A stretch of 63,338 nt of DNA, counting the filler. It is 4 parts of 4 records of this genome, joined end to end, with 100 filler letters (N's around TTAATTAATTAA, not from the genome) between each part and the next. Parts side by side here need not be neighbours in the genome. Positions count along the whole stretch, not along the records: positions 1 to 11,539 come from SRR20825006_1778; 3 more parts are not named here. One strand, given 5' to 3'. The translations under genes and the position numbers were made by a program. Of the stretch, positions 1-9,359 are shown piece after piece. Below the pieces are notes generated by a model that saw nothing but the letters and a program-made list of their open reading frames with translations, made no database searches and had not been told where the DNA came from. Positions within the stretch are counted from its first letter, which is position 1; every line of letters begins with the position of its first letter.

Positions 1-582
1 AAAATATTTAAGTTAACATTATTGGTTTTTTTAATAGCGTTTACAACAACCACATATGCACAAGATGCTTCTAATGATGCTACTTGGGAAGAGACAATAA
101 ATTTCATAACAAAGTATAAGGAATATATTGTTGAAACTAATCACAGAACAATTAATTCTCATTTAGAAATAAAAAATATTGATATTGTTGATACGTCAAT
201 CAAAATTCATATAGATTTAAATAAAGATTTTTACATTAAAAAAATAAATCATTACCCTAATCGATTATTTGCAGATTTTATAATGTTAAACTTAAAAAAC
301 ATAAACAGTACACACTATAGTAGTAGCTATGGTGGAATACAACTTTATTTAAAAAATAATGCTGTCAATTTTAAAAATGTAATAGAAAGTTATAGAAATA
401 AGAATAATTCTAAACCTTATTATTCGGAAAGAAAGATTAAAGATATAACGTATGATGATATAATATTATATGTTGACGATGAAGATGTAAGTGATAGGTT
501 AGCTAAAGCTTTTGAGCATTTGGCTTATTTAGCCACAAATAAACGAGAAGAAGAACGTAAAGCCTCTGGAGATAAATTTTAA
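1..582 (+). CDS. Secreted hypothetical protein, member 1 of a tandem paralogue array (5'-truncated at window edge)
   Basis: Frame is open from base 1 (KIFKLTLLVFLIAFTTTTYAQ, signal-peptide-like). Shares DAT.EETIN.I and KAFEHL blocks with the next two ORFs. Confidence 0.8.
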   Translation, partial: KIFKLTLLVFLIAFTTTTYAQDASNDATWEETINFITKYKEYIVETNHRTINSHLEIKNIDIVDTSIKIHIDLNKDFYIKKINHYPNRLFADFIMLNLKNINSTHYSSSYGGIQLYLKNNAVNFKNVIESYRNKNNSKPYYSERKIKDITYDDIILYVDDEDVSDRLAKAFEHLAYLATNKREEERKASGDKF

Positions 583-593
583 AACATAAGACT

Positions 594-1082
594 ATGAGAA
601 TATTAAAATTGGCGTTTATGACATTGTTTTTAAGCGTAATAACATTTTGTAATGCGCAAGAAAAACAAAATGATGCTACAATTGACGAAACAATAAATTG
701 GATTAATGAATATGGTTTTGATAATACAATTGCATTAGACGATATGTTAAAGAGCCCAGAAGACATCCGGTACCGGACAGAGAAAGATGAATTACATTAT
801 TATTATAAAAACAAAGATGGTAATTGGAATACGGTCATACTTAAAAATACAATAACAAATACAATTATTGTTTCCAAATCAAACGGGCATTATGAGATTT
901 ATATTGAAGACTTGGAAGCACGTAAGTTCTATGATCCAACTAACTCCTCATTAGGTACTTTAAATTTTGGTTCAAATAAAGAATACGCTCAGAAAACTTA
1001 TAAAGCATTTGAACATTTATTTTACCTTTTAAAATGGGAAGTTGAATGTATTAACAAGTTAGTGGACGAAAATAAATTTTAA
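594..1082 (+). CDS. Secreted hypothetical protein, array member 2
   Basis: Signal peptide ending CNA-Q; NDATIDETINWIN and YKAFEHLFYLLKWEVEC blocks. Confidence 0.85.
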   Translation: MRILKLAFMTLFLSVITFCNAQEKQNDATIDETINWINEYGFDNTIALDDMLKSPEDIRYRTEKDELHYYYKNKDGNWNTVILKNTITNTIIVSKSNGHYEIYIEDLEARKFYDPTNSSLGTLNFGSNKEYAQKTYKAFEHLFYLLKWEVECINKLVDENKF

Positions 1083-1092
1083 ACCAAAACCT

Positions 1093-1575
1093 ATGAAAGC
1101 AACTAAAATAACATTAACAATCTTTATTTTATTGTTTTCAGTATTAGGTAATGCACAAGAACAACAAAATGATGAGACCATTAGAGAAAAAATTAGTTGG
1201 ATAAATAAATTTGGTTTTAAAAATACCGTTCCGATAAACGATACACTATTAAAGCCAAAACAAATTTTCTTTGGTGAAGCGGTTAGGGATATATTTTATT
1301 TTTATGATACGAAAGACAACAAATCAGTTACGGTTGCTTTTGAGGATAAATTAACTAACAAGATGACCCTTACTTGTATTAATGGAGAGTATAAAATTTA
1401 TATTTCCGATTTATTTACAGCAGGATATACTGTTATATCAAATGAAGATCTAGGAACAATTAATTTCGGAACAAATAAGGAAAATGCTATAAAAACCTAT
1501 AAAGCGTTCGAAGATTTATTCTATTTATTAAAATGGGAAGTTGAGTGTGTCAATAAATTAAGCGATAACAAATAA
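1093..1575 (+). CDS. Secreted hypothetical protein, array member 3
   Basis: Signal peptide ending GNA-Q; clear paralogue of 594..1082 (LGT.NFG.NKE.A.KTYKAFE.LFYLLKWEVEC.NKL). Confidence 0.85.
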   Translation: MKATKITLTIFILLFSVLGNAQEQQNDETIREKISWINKFGFKNTVPINDTLLKPKQIFFGEAVRDIFYFYDTKDNKSVTVAFEDKLTNKMTLTCINGEYKIYISDLFTAGYTVISNEDLGTINFGTNKENAIKTYKAFEDLFYLLKWEVECVNKLSDNK

Positions 1576-1595
1576 ATTTTAAAACCAATACAAAT

Positions 1596-2084
1596 ATGAA
1601 AACAATACAGTTTGTAACCTTAACATTTCTATTAGTGTTTGCCACGGTGATGCAGGCACAAGACATACATAACCCATACGATAACTGTGAGTGCACAGAT
1701 AGGATGGAACGAGACTATATTTTTGGCGGCTCAAATATTGTTACTTATAAAGGCGTGCGGTATATGTTTTATGATTATTACAAGCCAGAAAAAAATACAT
1801 GTTTTCAGAATTACCTGAATGAATCTAGCAGCATAACTGTAGAAGCTTTTAAAGAAAAGCTATTAGAGCACCCAACATTTAAAATGCTGGTCGATGCTGG
1901 CGTGGTACGTCAAAAAAGTATTGTAGGTAAGATATATTGGAAAGCTTCATCGGTAAGTGAGGTTGAGGAAGCTCAAAAGGAAAAAGCTATGGAATACAAT
2001 TATAGCAATCTTACTCTAAAAGCTATTGACCTAGATGTAGATTTTGAAACACCTTTTAGCAAATTTAAAACCTGTAGTAATTAA
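1596..2084 (+). CDS. Secreted hypothetical protein (four Cys)
   Basis: Signal peptide ending MQA-Q; co-directional with short spacing; no visible similarity to members 1-3. Confidence 0.75.
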   Translation: MKTIQFVTLTFLLVFATVMQAQDIHNPYDNCECTDRMERDYIFGGSNIVTYKGVRYMFYDYYKPEKNTCFQNYLNESSSITVEAFKEKLLEHPTFKMLVDAGVVRQKSIVGKIYWKASSVSEVEEAQKEKAMEYNYSNLTLKAIDLDVDFETPFSKFKTCSN

Positions 2085-2096
2085 AAATCACTAACT

Positions 2097-3155
2097 ATGA
2101 AATTCTTAAATGTAGTTGGTCTTTTAATTATAACATGTACAATACAGGCTCAGCATCTCATCATAAATCCAGATCTTATTTCTCATAATGTAGAAGAAGT
2201 TATTCTGCCGGTTTCAAATAACGCATATGTCTTAGTTAAGGATAGTACAGCTTATGTTTACAATATAGATGCTGTTTTACCATTTAAAAAAGGTAACATA
2301 AACGAGAACTTCATATTAGATATAAATAATAATAGGCTATTAACCATCGCATTAGTTCCTGAGTATTTTGATAAAGCAGATGAAAATATGAATATCGTGA
2401 CACTGGTATCCTATAAATATGAAATTAACTATAGTGTTGTAGATAGTATCAAGGCAAATAATTTAGTTGATAAATACGATTATTTCATCCCTAAGTCAGT
2501 TGTTCATGAAACTATTGAGAATCGCGAAGCATTGAATTCAGAAGATTTATATGTCTCGAGTATTTATAGTTCTTCAGATAATTTAGCACTACCATCACAT
2601 TATTTAAGAATAGATAAAAACCAATCTCTATCTGTTTTAAACAATGGGTATCTTACGCTTTCTGAAGTTAAAAATAACAAGGTAGTTAAAGACAAATCTT
2701 GGGGATTTTTTAATGGATCAATAAGTCTTCTACGTAGTATAAAAATAGGAGATTTTGCTCGAATTAATTTTCAACGCTATAAGGAAGATTCAGATATCTT
2801 AGAAAATTTTTGGTGTATAATAGATTTAAAAAAACAAATTTTCGCTCCTATAGATTTAATGCAATTTTATAGTAATCTAGAAACTATAGAGGCACAGGAC
2901 ATCTCGTTGATTAATAGTACGCCATTCTTTTTCAGGTCTTTAAATGATAATAATGTAAGAATGTACGTATTGCCAGATAATAATTACGTTTGGTTAGATG
3001 ACCAATCCTACTATTATAGTTCTGAAGACCTATCTAAATATGCACAAATTAAAATGAGAGATAAATCTTTAAGCCCTAATGTAAATGTGCACCATTATAA
3101 CCATCCAGGCAATATTCTAAAAGCTATTGCGCCGCACGAACCTGAAAAAAATTAA
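2097..3155 (+). CDS. Secreted hypothetical protein
   Basis: 352-aa ORF in AT-rich DNA; signal peptide ending IQA-Q. Confidence 0.75.
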   Translation: MKFLNVVGLLIITCTIQAQHLIINPDLISHNVEEVILPVSNNAYVLVKDSTAYVYNIDAVLPFKKGNINENFILDINNNRLLTIALVPEYFDKADENMNIVTLVSYKYEINYSVVDSIKANNLVDKYDYFIPKSVVHETIENREALNSEDLYVSSIYSSSDNLALPSHYLRIDKNQSLSVLNNGYLTLSEVKNNKVVKDKSWGFFNGSISLLRSIKIGDFARINFQRYKEDSDILENFWCIIDLKKQIFAPIDLMQFYSNLETIEAQDISLINSTPFFFRSLNDNNVRMYVLPDNNYVWLDDQSYYYSSEDLSKYAQIKMRDKSLSPNVNVHHYNHPGNILKAIAPHEPEKN

Positions 3156-3224
3156 TGCGTTATAAAGAGCAATGAAAACATTTAAAAAGAAATACCTTTT
3201 ATAAAAAGTTTAAAATTTGAATAA

Positions 3225-3617
3225 ATGAATTTAAAACTCTCAATCGAGGAAAATAAAAGTAAATTTCTAGATGAAATGATAACCTTTGAAAAAAAGTTTA
3301 TTCTTCAGCATTATTTTAAAACCAAGAAGGTCATCAATAATGCAGAAAGAGAGATTTTAAAAAAATCACCTAGCAATGAAATTGAAACTATTGCACTTAT
3401 AGGAGTTCTACTTCTAGAAAAAGATGCTTTAAATATGTTTAGATTAAAAATAGGATCTGTATTTAAAAGTGATGTTGAGTTAGCAGAGTCCTGTCAAAGA
3501 TTAATAGACACCAAAAGCATTATAAAAGCCGAAACTGAATTATTTCATTATGAGTATGAATACGAAGAATCTATAGAAGTACCTATTATCGATTATTATA
3601 TCAAATTTTTTAAATAA
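3225..3617 (+). CDS. Hypothetical cytoplasmic protein
   Basis: 130-aa ATG ORF in AT-rich DNA; no recognised motif. Confidence 0.65.
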   Translation: MNLKLSIEENKSKFLDEMITFEKKFILQHYFKTKKVINNAEREILKKSPSNEIETIALIGVLLLEKDALNMFRLKIGSVFKSDVELAESCQRLIDTKSIIKAETELFHYEYEYEESIEVPIIDYYIKFFK

Positions 3618-3798
3618 GAAAAAGTTCCTTCAAAAGGTATTCCTGATTTATCAACCTAAAAAAGTAATTGAGTTGTTAAATGCTACTACAAACAATACCA
3701 AACTCTTACTTTAAGCTTGTTTTGTATTTATCAAATAGGTAGTGCAGAAAAACTTCAATCTGCGCCTTAAAAACTTTAAAATCATGAGGTTTTGGGCT

Positions 3799-5073
3799 TT
3801 ATTTTTTCTTACGTCTATTATTTCCGCCACCTTTTTGAGAGCCTTTATTCTTCTTTCGGTTTGCAAAAAACTCTTGTTTTATACGTTGCTTCTCTTTTTC
3901 AGCAGCTTTCTTCTCAGAAGTTGTCATAGGTTTGTCTGTCTGCGGAAAAGGATTGTCTTTTATAACCGTAATTTTTTGCTTAATTAGCTTTTCAATATCT
4001 TTTATGAACTGTATTTCTTCTGGCTCACCAATAGATATAGCTATACCATCTTCTCCTGCACGTCCACATCGGCCAATTCTATGAACATAAGTTTCTGGTT
4101 CATTAGGAATGTCGTAGTTAATCACGTACTCTAATTTGTCAATATCAATTCCTCGAGCTGCAATATCTGTAGCAACCATAACCCTTATGTTGCCATCTTT
4201 AAATGCTTTTAATGCTTTTTGTCTTTGATTTTGAGATTTGTTTCCGTGTATGGCAGCACTCTTTATCTTCTTCTTTAATAGCTTACGTACCGTACGGTCT
4301 GCTCCGTGCTTAGTTTTAGAAAAAACGAGAACTTGGTCTATCTTAGGATCTTCTAAAATATGAAGCAGCAAGTCTCCTTTATTGGTCTTGTTGGTGGTGT
4401 ATAAATACTGTTGAATAGTTTCTGCAGTAGATGAAACTGGATTTACTTCAACTTTTTTAGGGTTTTTAAGAATTTGATTAGATAGTGTCAATATATTCTT
4501 TGGCATTGTAGCAGAGAAAAATAAAGACTGTCTGTTCTTAGGAAGTTTTGTTAGTAGTTTTTTAATATCGTGAATAAAGCCCATATCCAACATTCTGTCG
4601 GCTTCATCTAAAACAAAGTATTTAACGTCTTTTAAAGAAATATAACCTTGGTCCATAAGGTCTAACAATCTTCCTGGTGTCGCAATTAAAACATCAACAC
4701 CACTTTTAAGCTTATTAGTTTGCGCACGTTGAGGTACACCTCCAAATATAACTGTGCTTTTTAATGATGTATATTTTCCATAAGCAGAAAAATTCTCACC
4801 TATCTGTATTGCAAGCTCTCTAGTTGGTGTAACTATTAGTGATAATATTTTACGCTTTCCTTTAGCATTTTCTAAGTCGTTTGCTAAATGCTGAATAATA
4901 GGAATTGCAAAAGCACCTGTTTTACCTGTTCCGGTTTGTGCACTTCCTAAAACATCTTCACCTTTTAATATAAGTGGAATTGAACGTGCCTGAATAGAGG
5001 TAGGCTCCTCATAGCCTTGTTCATCAAGAGATTTTAAAATAGGGGAAATTATGTTTAGATTTTCAAATGTCAT
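3799..5073 (-). CDS. rhlE: DEAD-box ATP-dependent RNA helicase (RhlE-like)
   Basis: Q motif, AQTGTGKT, PTRELA, TPGRL, DEAD, SAT, ARGID, HRIGR; basic C-terminal tail. Confidence 0.92.
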   Translation of the reverse strand: MTFENLNIISPILKSLDEQGYEEPTSIQARSIPLILKGEDVLGSAQTGTGKTGAFAIPIIQHLANDLENAKGKRKILSLIVTPTRELAIQIGENFSAYGKYTSLKSTVIFGGVPQRAQTNKLKSGVDVLIATPGRLLDLMDQGYISLKDVKYFVLDEADRMLDMGFIHDIKKLLTKLPKNRQSLFFSATMPKNILTLSNQILKNPKKVEVNPVSSTAETIQQYLYTTNKTNKGDLLLHILEDPKIDQVLVFSKTKHGADRTVRKLLKKKIKSAAIHGNKSQNQRQKALKAFKDGNIRVMVATDIAARGIDIDKLEYVINYDIPNEPETYVHRIGRCGRAGEDGIAISIGEPEEIQFIKDIEKLIKQKITVIKDNPFPQTDKPMTTSEKKAAEKEKQRIKQEFFANRKKNKGSQKGGGNNRRKKK

Positions 5074-5152
5074 TCTTCAAATGTTTTGCGACTGCTAAGT
5101 ATTTTGGCAAGTATGCATTAAATATCTTAGAGTTTAGGGTAAGTTTAAAGCA

Positions 5153-5160
5153 CAAAGGTA
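5153..5160 (-). promoter_or_regulatory. Bacteroidota sigma70 -7 element (TACCTTTG) upstream of the DEAD-box helicase
   Basis: Matches the TAnnTTTG consensus about 80 nt upstream of the start codon. Confidence 0.6.
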
Positions 5161-5322
5161 GTGTTTATAACTACGAGAACAGACTAAATGAATAGTAGTA
5201 ATGCTTTAGAGGAGTTATGAGGGACGAGATACAAAAATATCAAATCGTCTAAAACCTCCCAAGGATTCAAAAATTGATAGCTTATTAGGTTTTAATTTTA
5301 TACAACTTAAATGTGGTTGGTC

Positions 5323-8300
5323 TTAAATGTCAAGCACTAGTTGTTCGTCACTTAAAACTTTTACAAATTCACCGATTACTCGCATATTCTCACCATTACT
5401 TTCATCAATTACAATATTCTCAAAAGTATCATCGTAAGAGTTTGGACTTAAAATAATCGAAGTATGTGTCCAACCTTCTTCAGTTATTTGTTTTTGACTA
5501 CTATAAGTTTTAATCGTAAACGCTGAATTAAAATCTGGATCTTGAAAATCAAAATTTTCAACTAATACGATTTTCCCACTTCGCGATCCTCCAGTGTATT
5601 TCTTAAACAGACAAACAGCTCCATTTGGAATTCTACGATTCATTGATTCTCCGACAACCTTGCAAGCGAAGTAATCATCTGCATCATAATCCAGATCAGT
5701 AGCTATCATATCATAATCTTTTTCAGATTGCATATCACTGAAAGTTCCAGCAGCTGCATAGAAATTATATAGTGGAATTTTAAAGATAGGTGTATCAATT
5801 TCTTTTTTCTCAGTTTCTATTATCGAAGTTGAGCTTTCTTGTTTTATAAGCGAACTTTCGTTTTTAGTAATGTATTTATAAAGATTCTCAGGAACTGGAT
5901 CCTCAAGGTCAAATCTAATTTTGACTACAGAAACATCCTTCCCTTTATCATTTTTCATAGTAGTTTGCTCAACCAAATTATGATTAGGTTGAACATCTCC
6001 CATATAATAAAATTCTGCGCTTTCGTCATTACTCTTTTTAATGAATAATGGTAGTCTTATTTTTGTTGAAGTATTTTTTCCTAAAATAGATTGAACGTCT
6101 TTACTGCTAATTTTACGGTTAGACTTAGACATCCAATCAAACTCTTTATTGTTTGCAAACTCATCTTCATATTTAGTAGACTCAGAAATGCTGTCATCTT
6201 TATGATAATTCACAAAAATCGGACAATGTTTATTATCAGGACTTACTAGGTAACCTCCAACATTTTGAGCAACTGGATTCTCGTCAACATTTAGAATTCT
6301 GAATACATCTTTTCTAGAATATTTTTGATAAAGAATAAAACCATCACGCCAATTTTCTATACTAAATTTCCTTTCGTAATTATTTATCGATTGTGCTATA
6401 GAATCAATTAAAAAATTTTTGAAATCATTTTGACTAAGAGTTTCTTTAAACTCATCACTTAATCGAATTTGATAATCATCTTGTATTACAATATTAAAAT
6501 CATAAATGTCTCTAACAGGAATTAGCATTCTGTCTTTTTTCTCACGGATAAACTCAAAATTCAAATTTGAAATTGTGGAATGTATAGTATCATTTGTTAT
6601 TTGAAATTTGTATTCATCTTCAATAATCTTTTTAAAATGGACATAACTTAAAGGGCCTCTTTCAATAAGTTCCTTTAATAATCTCGATTCAGTGATTCGT
6701 TTCGAATTGTTGATCTCTTTAGAAAAGTATTCTAGAAGCTTTGCTGAATTTTCGGTAATTGTGTTTTCAAAGCTCTTGTCAACTTTCAAAACAAAATTAT
6801 AATACGATTTTGAATACTCTACAAATAGAAAGGGATCTCGAGAACCTTGCTCTACAAAATCTATCATCATAGGTGTTCTTCCTAATCTATACTTAAGAAG
6901 TTCGTAATCCTTCCGAAGATCCACTAACAATTGCATATTAGTAGAATCTATTGCTTTAAAAATTTTTTCCTTCGAAACCCTATCAAAGTTGATTGTAGAA
7001 GTACCAGGAATCATTCGGCTACCTTCAGAAAGTAACTTTCTTAAAGAATCCTTGTTATAAGAAGTATCTCCATAGAGAGCAATAGGGATAAGATAGTTAT
7101 TGCTATAGTTTCCAATAAAATCAATAACAGTTACATAATCCTTACCATTAGTTTTTCTTAAACCTCGTCCTAATTGTTGAATGAAAATAATAGAAGAATC
7201 TGTTGGGCGTAACATAATAATTTGATTGATTTTAGGAATATCAATACCTTCATTAAAAATGTCTACTGTAAAAATATAATCTAACTTTTCAGTTAAATTA
7301 TCAGATTCTAATTTTTCGATTGCATCCAATCGATCTTTTTCAGAATTATCTCCAGTTAAAGCAATTGTTTTAAAACCACGCTCATTAAATTTTTCGGAAA
7401 GTTTTTGGGCTTCTAACTTTCGAGAACAAAAAACAAGACCTCTCGTGACACCATTATCACTTCCGTATAAATGAGTTTTGGATATTATTTTATCAACACG
7501 TTCATTAGCTGTTAATAATCTAAAATCACTCTTATCTTCAAGAATTTGATCATCTACACTAATATCAGTAACGCCAAAATAGTGAAAGGGACTCAACATA
7601 TCTTCATCCATAGCTTTATTGAGTCTTATTTCATAAGCTATATTATAATCGAATAGGCGAAATATATCATTGCCATCAGTTCGTTCTGGAGTGGCCGTCA
7701 TTCCCAACATAAACTTTGGCTCGAAATATTCGAGTAATCGAATATATGAGTCTGCTCCTGATCTATGTGATTCGTCAATTATTATGTAATCGAAATAATC
7801 TTTAGAAAATTGATTTAAGTGTGACTCTTTCGAAATTGTTTGCACAGTTGAGAATAAAAAGTCTTTTTCAATCTCTTTTTGGTTGCCTGAATAAATGCCC
7901 ATCGACTTTTTGTGACCAAAAATAATTTTAAAAGTATCGAGTGCTTTTTTCGCAATATTCAATCTATGAACTACAAATAGTAAACGTTTTGGATTAGCCT
8001 TTTTGGCATCAAAAGCTGCCAGAAAGGTTTTTCCTGTTCCAGTTGCCGAAATAAGTAGCGCTTTGTTTTTATTTTGTTCCCGTAATTTATCTAGATTTTT
8101 TAGCGCATCAGATTGCATTTGGTTAGGCTCTATGTCTTCCGCTTTCAGCTTCTTTGGCGAAGAATCCACATTAAGCAATCTCTGCTTTTTATATATTTCG
8201 TTATACAACGAAATGTACTCTTCGGTAACAAGAATGCCTTTATTAAAATCTGCATCAAATTCTGAAATCACTTTATGGACAATATCACTTGAATGCAGTG

Positions 8301-8778
8301 CAGAAACCTTCAAGTTCCATTCTTTATTTTGAGATAATGCAGTTGCTGTAAGATTGCTGCTACCAATTATAAGGTTATAATAATCTAATGTTTTAAATAA
8401 GTAACCTTTAGAATGTGAGTTTTCTTTAGTAGCTACCCTCAACTCTATATTCTTAAATTTTAAAAGCTTTCTAAGTGCTTCAGGTTGTGTAAAATTGAGA
8501 TATTGAGAAACAATTATTTTTCCTTGAATTCCTCGTTCCTCCAGATCTATGAGGCTATTCATAATAGATGAAACTCCACTAGTTGTAACGAAAGCAACAG
8601 AAATAAAAAACGATTCGCATTTTTCTAGTTCTGAAATTATTGCAGATAATACTTTCTTTCTAGGTATTTTCCTGTTAACTAACAATTCAGGTTGGTAGAG
8701 AAGATCAGAACTAGATTTCTTATCTATAAATCCAGTATGTAGACTTTTTTCAAAATCCTCAATATTGAATTTAGTCAT
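5323..8778 (-). CDS. PLD nuclease-SF2 helicase-DUF3427 protein (SauUSI-like type IV restriction endonuclease) with C-terminal S24/LexA-type peptidase domain
   Basis: N-terminal HSKGY...IIGSSNLT (PLD); ATGTGKT, DESH, TATPER, QQLGRGLR (SF2); YEDEF..FDWMSK (DUF3427-like); C-terminal PLY..AAAG...GESM...FTIKTY (S24). Confidence 0.85.
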   Translation of the reverse strand: MTKFNIEDFEKSLHTGFIDKKSSSDLLYQPELLVNRKIPRKKVLSAIISELEKCESFFISVAFVTTSGVSSIMNSLIDLEERGIQGKIIVSQYLNFTQPEALRKLLKFKNIELRVATKENSHSKGYLFKTLDYYNLIIGSSNLTATALSQNKEWNLKVSALHSSDIVHKVISEFDADFNKGILVTEEYISLYNEIYKKQRLLNVDSSPKKLKAEDIEPNQMQSDALKNLDKLREQNKNKALLISATGTGKTFLAAFDAKKANPKRLLFVVHRLNIAKKALDTFKIIFGHKKSMGIYSGNQKEIEKDFLFSTVQTISKESHLNQFSKDYFDYIIIDESHRSGADSYIRLLEYFEPKFMLGMTATPERTDGNDIFRLFDYNIAYEIRLNKAMDEDMLSPFHYFGVTDISVDDQILEDKSDFRLLTANERVDKIISKTHLYGSDNGVTRGLVFCSRKLEAQKLSEKFNERGFKTIALTGDNSEKDRLDAIEKLESDNLTEKLDYIFTVDIFNEGIDIPKINQIIMLRPTDSSIIFIQQLGRGLRKTNGKDYVTVIDFIGNYSNNYLIPIALYGDTSYNKDSLRKLLSEGSRMIPGTSTINFDRVSKEKIFKAIDSTNMQLLVDLRKDYELLKYRLGRTPMMIDFVEQGSRDPFLFVEYSKSYYNFVLKVDKSFENTITENSAKLLEYFSKEINNSKRITESRLLKELIERGPLSYVHFKKIIEDEYKFQITNDTIHSTISNLNFEFIREKKDRMLIPVRDIYDFNIVIQDDYQIRLSDEFKETLSQNDFKNFLIDSIAQSINNYERKFSIENWRDGFILYQKYSRKDVFRILNVDENPVAQNVGGYLVSPDNKHCPIFVNYHKDDSISESTKYEDEFANNKEFDWMSKSNRKISSKDVQSILGKNTSTKIRLPLFIKKSNDESAEFYYMGDVQPNHNLVEQTTMKNDKGKDVSVVKIRFDLEDPVPENLYKYITKNESSLIKQESSTSIIETEKKEIDTPIFKIPLYNFYAAAGTFSDMQSEKDYDMIATDLDYDADDYFACKVVGESMNRRIPNGAVCLFKKYTGGSRSGKIVLVENFDFQDPDFNSAFTIKTYSSQKQITEEGWTHTSIILSPNSYDDTFENIVIDESNGENMRVIGEFVKVLSDEQLVLDI

Positions 8779-9166
8779 CGCTTATCAACTTATCAACTAT
8801 GGGTAAATCTGCTGCTGCCCAATCTAAGGTATTTAACTTATCCTTTTTTAACCAAACTGAAGATATATGTTCTTTTAAGTTTATTTGTTTTGAGTGAGCA
8901 GTGCACATAAAGCTATGCATTGTCAATTCAAAATGTGGGTATTTATGTATGACAGTTAGAAATAAATCATCAATTTCTGGTTCTGTTTCTAACTCTTCAA
9001 TGAGTTCTCTTTTTAGAGCTTCAATTTTAGTCTCATTAGGCTCAATTTTACCACCAGGAAATTCAAATTTGTTAGAAATGTATGGTAATTTGTTTACTGG
9101 TCGTTGCACACATAGAATCTCATCTTTATGTTTAATTATGGCCGCAACAACTTCAATTTTTTTCAT
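8771..9166 (-). CDS. NUDIX (MutT-like) (deoxy)nucleoside triphosphate pyrophosphohydrolase
   Basis: Nudix box GGKIEPNETKIEALKRELIEEL; overlaps the nuclease-helicase start by 8 nt. Confidence 0.9.
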   Translation of the reverse strand: MKKIEVVAAIIKHKDEILCVQRPVNKLPYISNKFEFPGGKIEPNETKIEALKRELIEELETEPEIDDLFLTVIHKYPHFELTMHSFMCTAHSKQINLKEHISSVWLKKDKLNTLDWAAADLPIVDKLISDD

Positions 9167-9359
9167 CTTTTAAAAATAGTAATTTTAAGCACGATTGAGC
9201 TCTTAAGCAAAGGCCTTTAAATAATATAAACTAATATATCTATCAATTTTTGATGACTCCGCAATTGCCTTGTCAACCATAGTAGGTGTTAAAAAAACCA
9301 TAAAACAACTTTTTCGGATTTAGTCCAACAGGAATATGTGACTAGTAAATGTAATTTTT

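Noticed and set aside
572-1585. CRISPR array or integron attC sites
   Set aside because: The repeats are 12-nt AT-rich gene-junction motifs 500 bp apart with no attC-like palindrome, and there is no cas or intI gene in the window.
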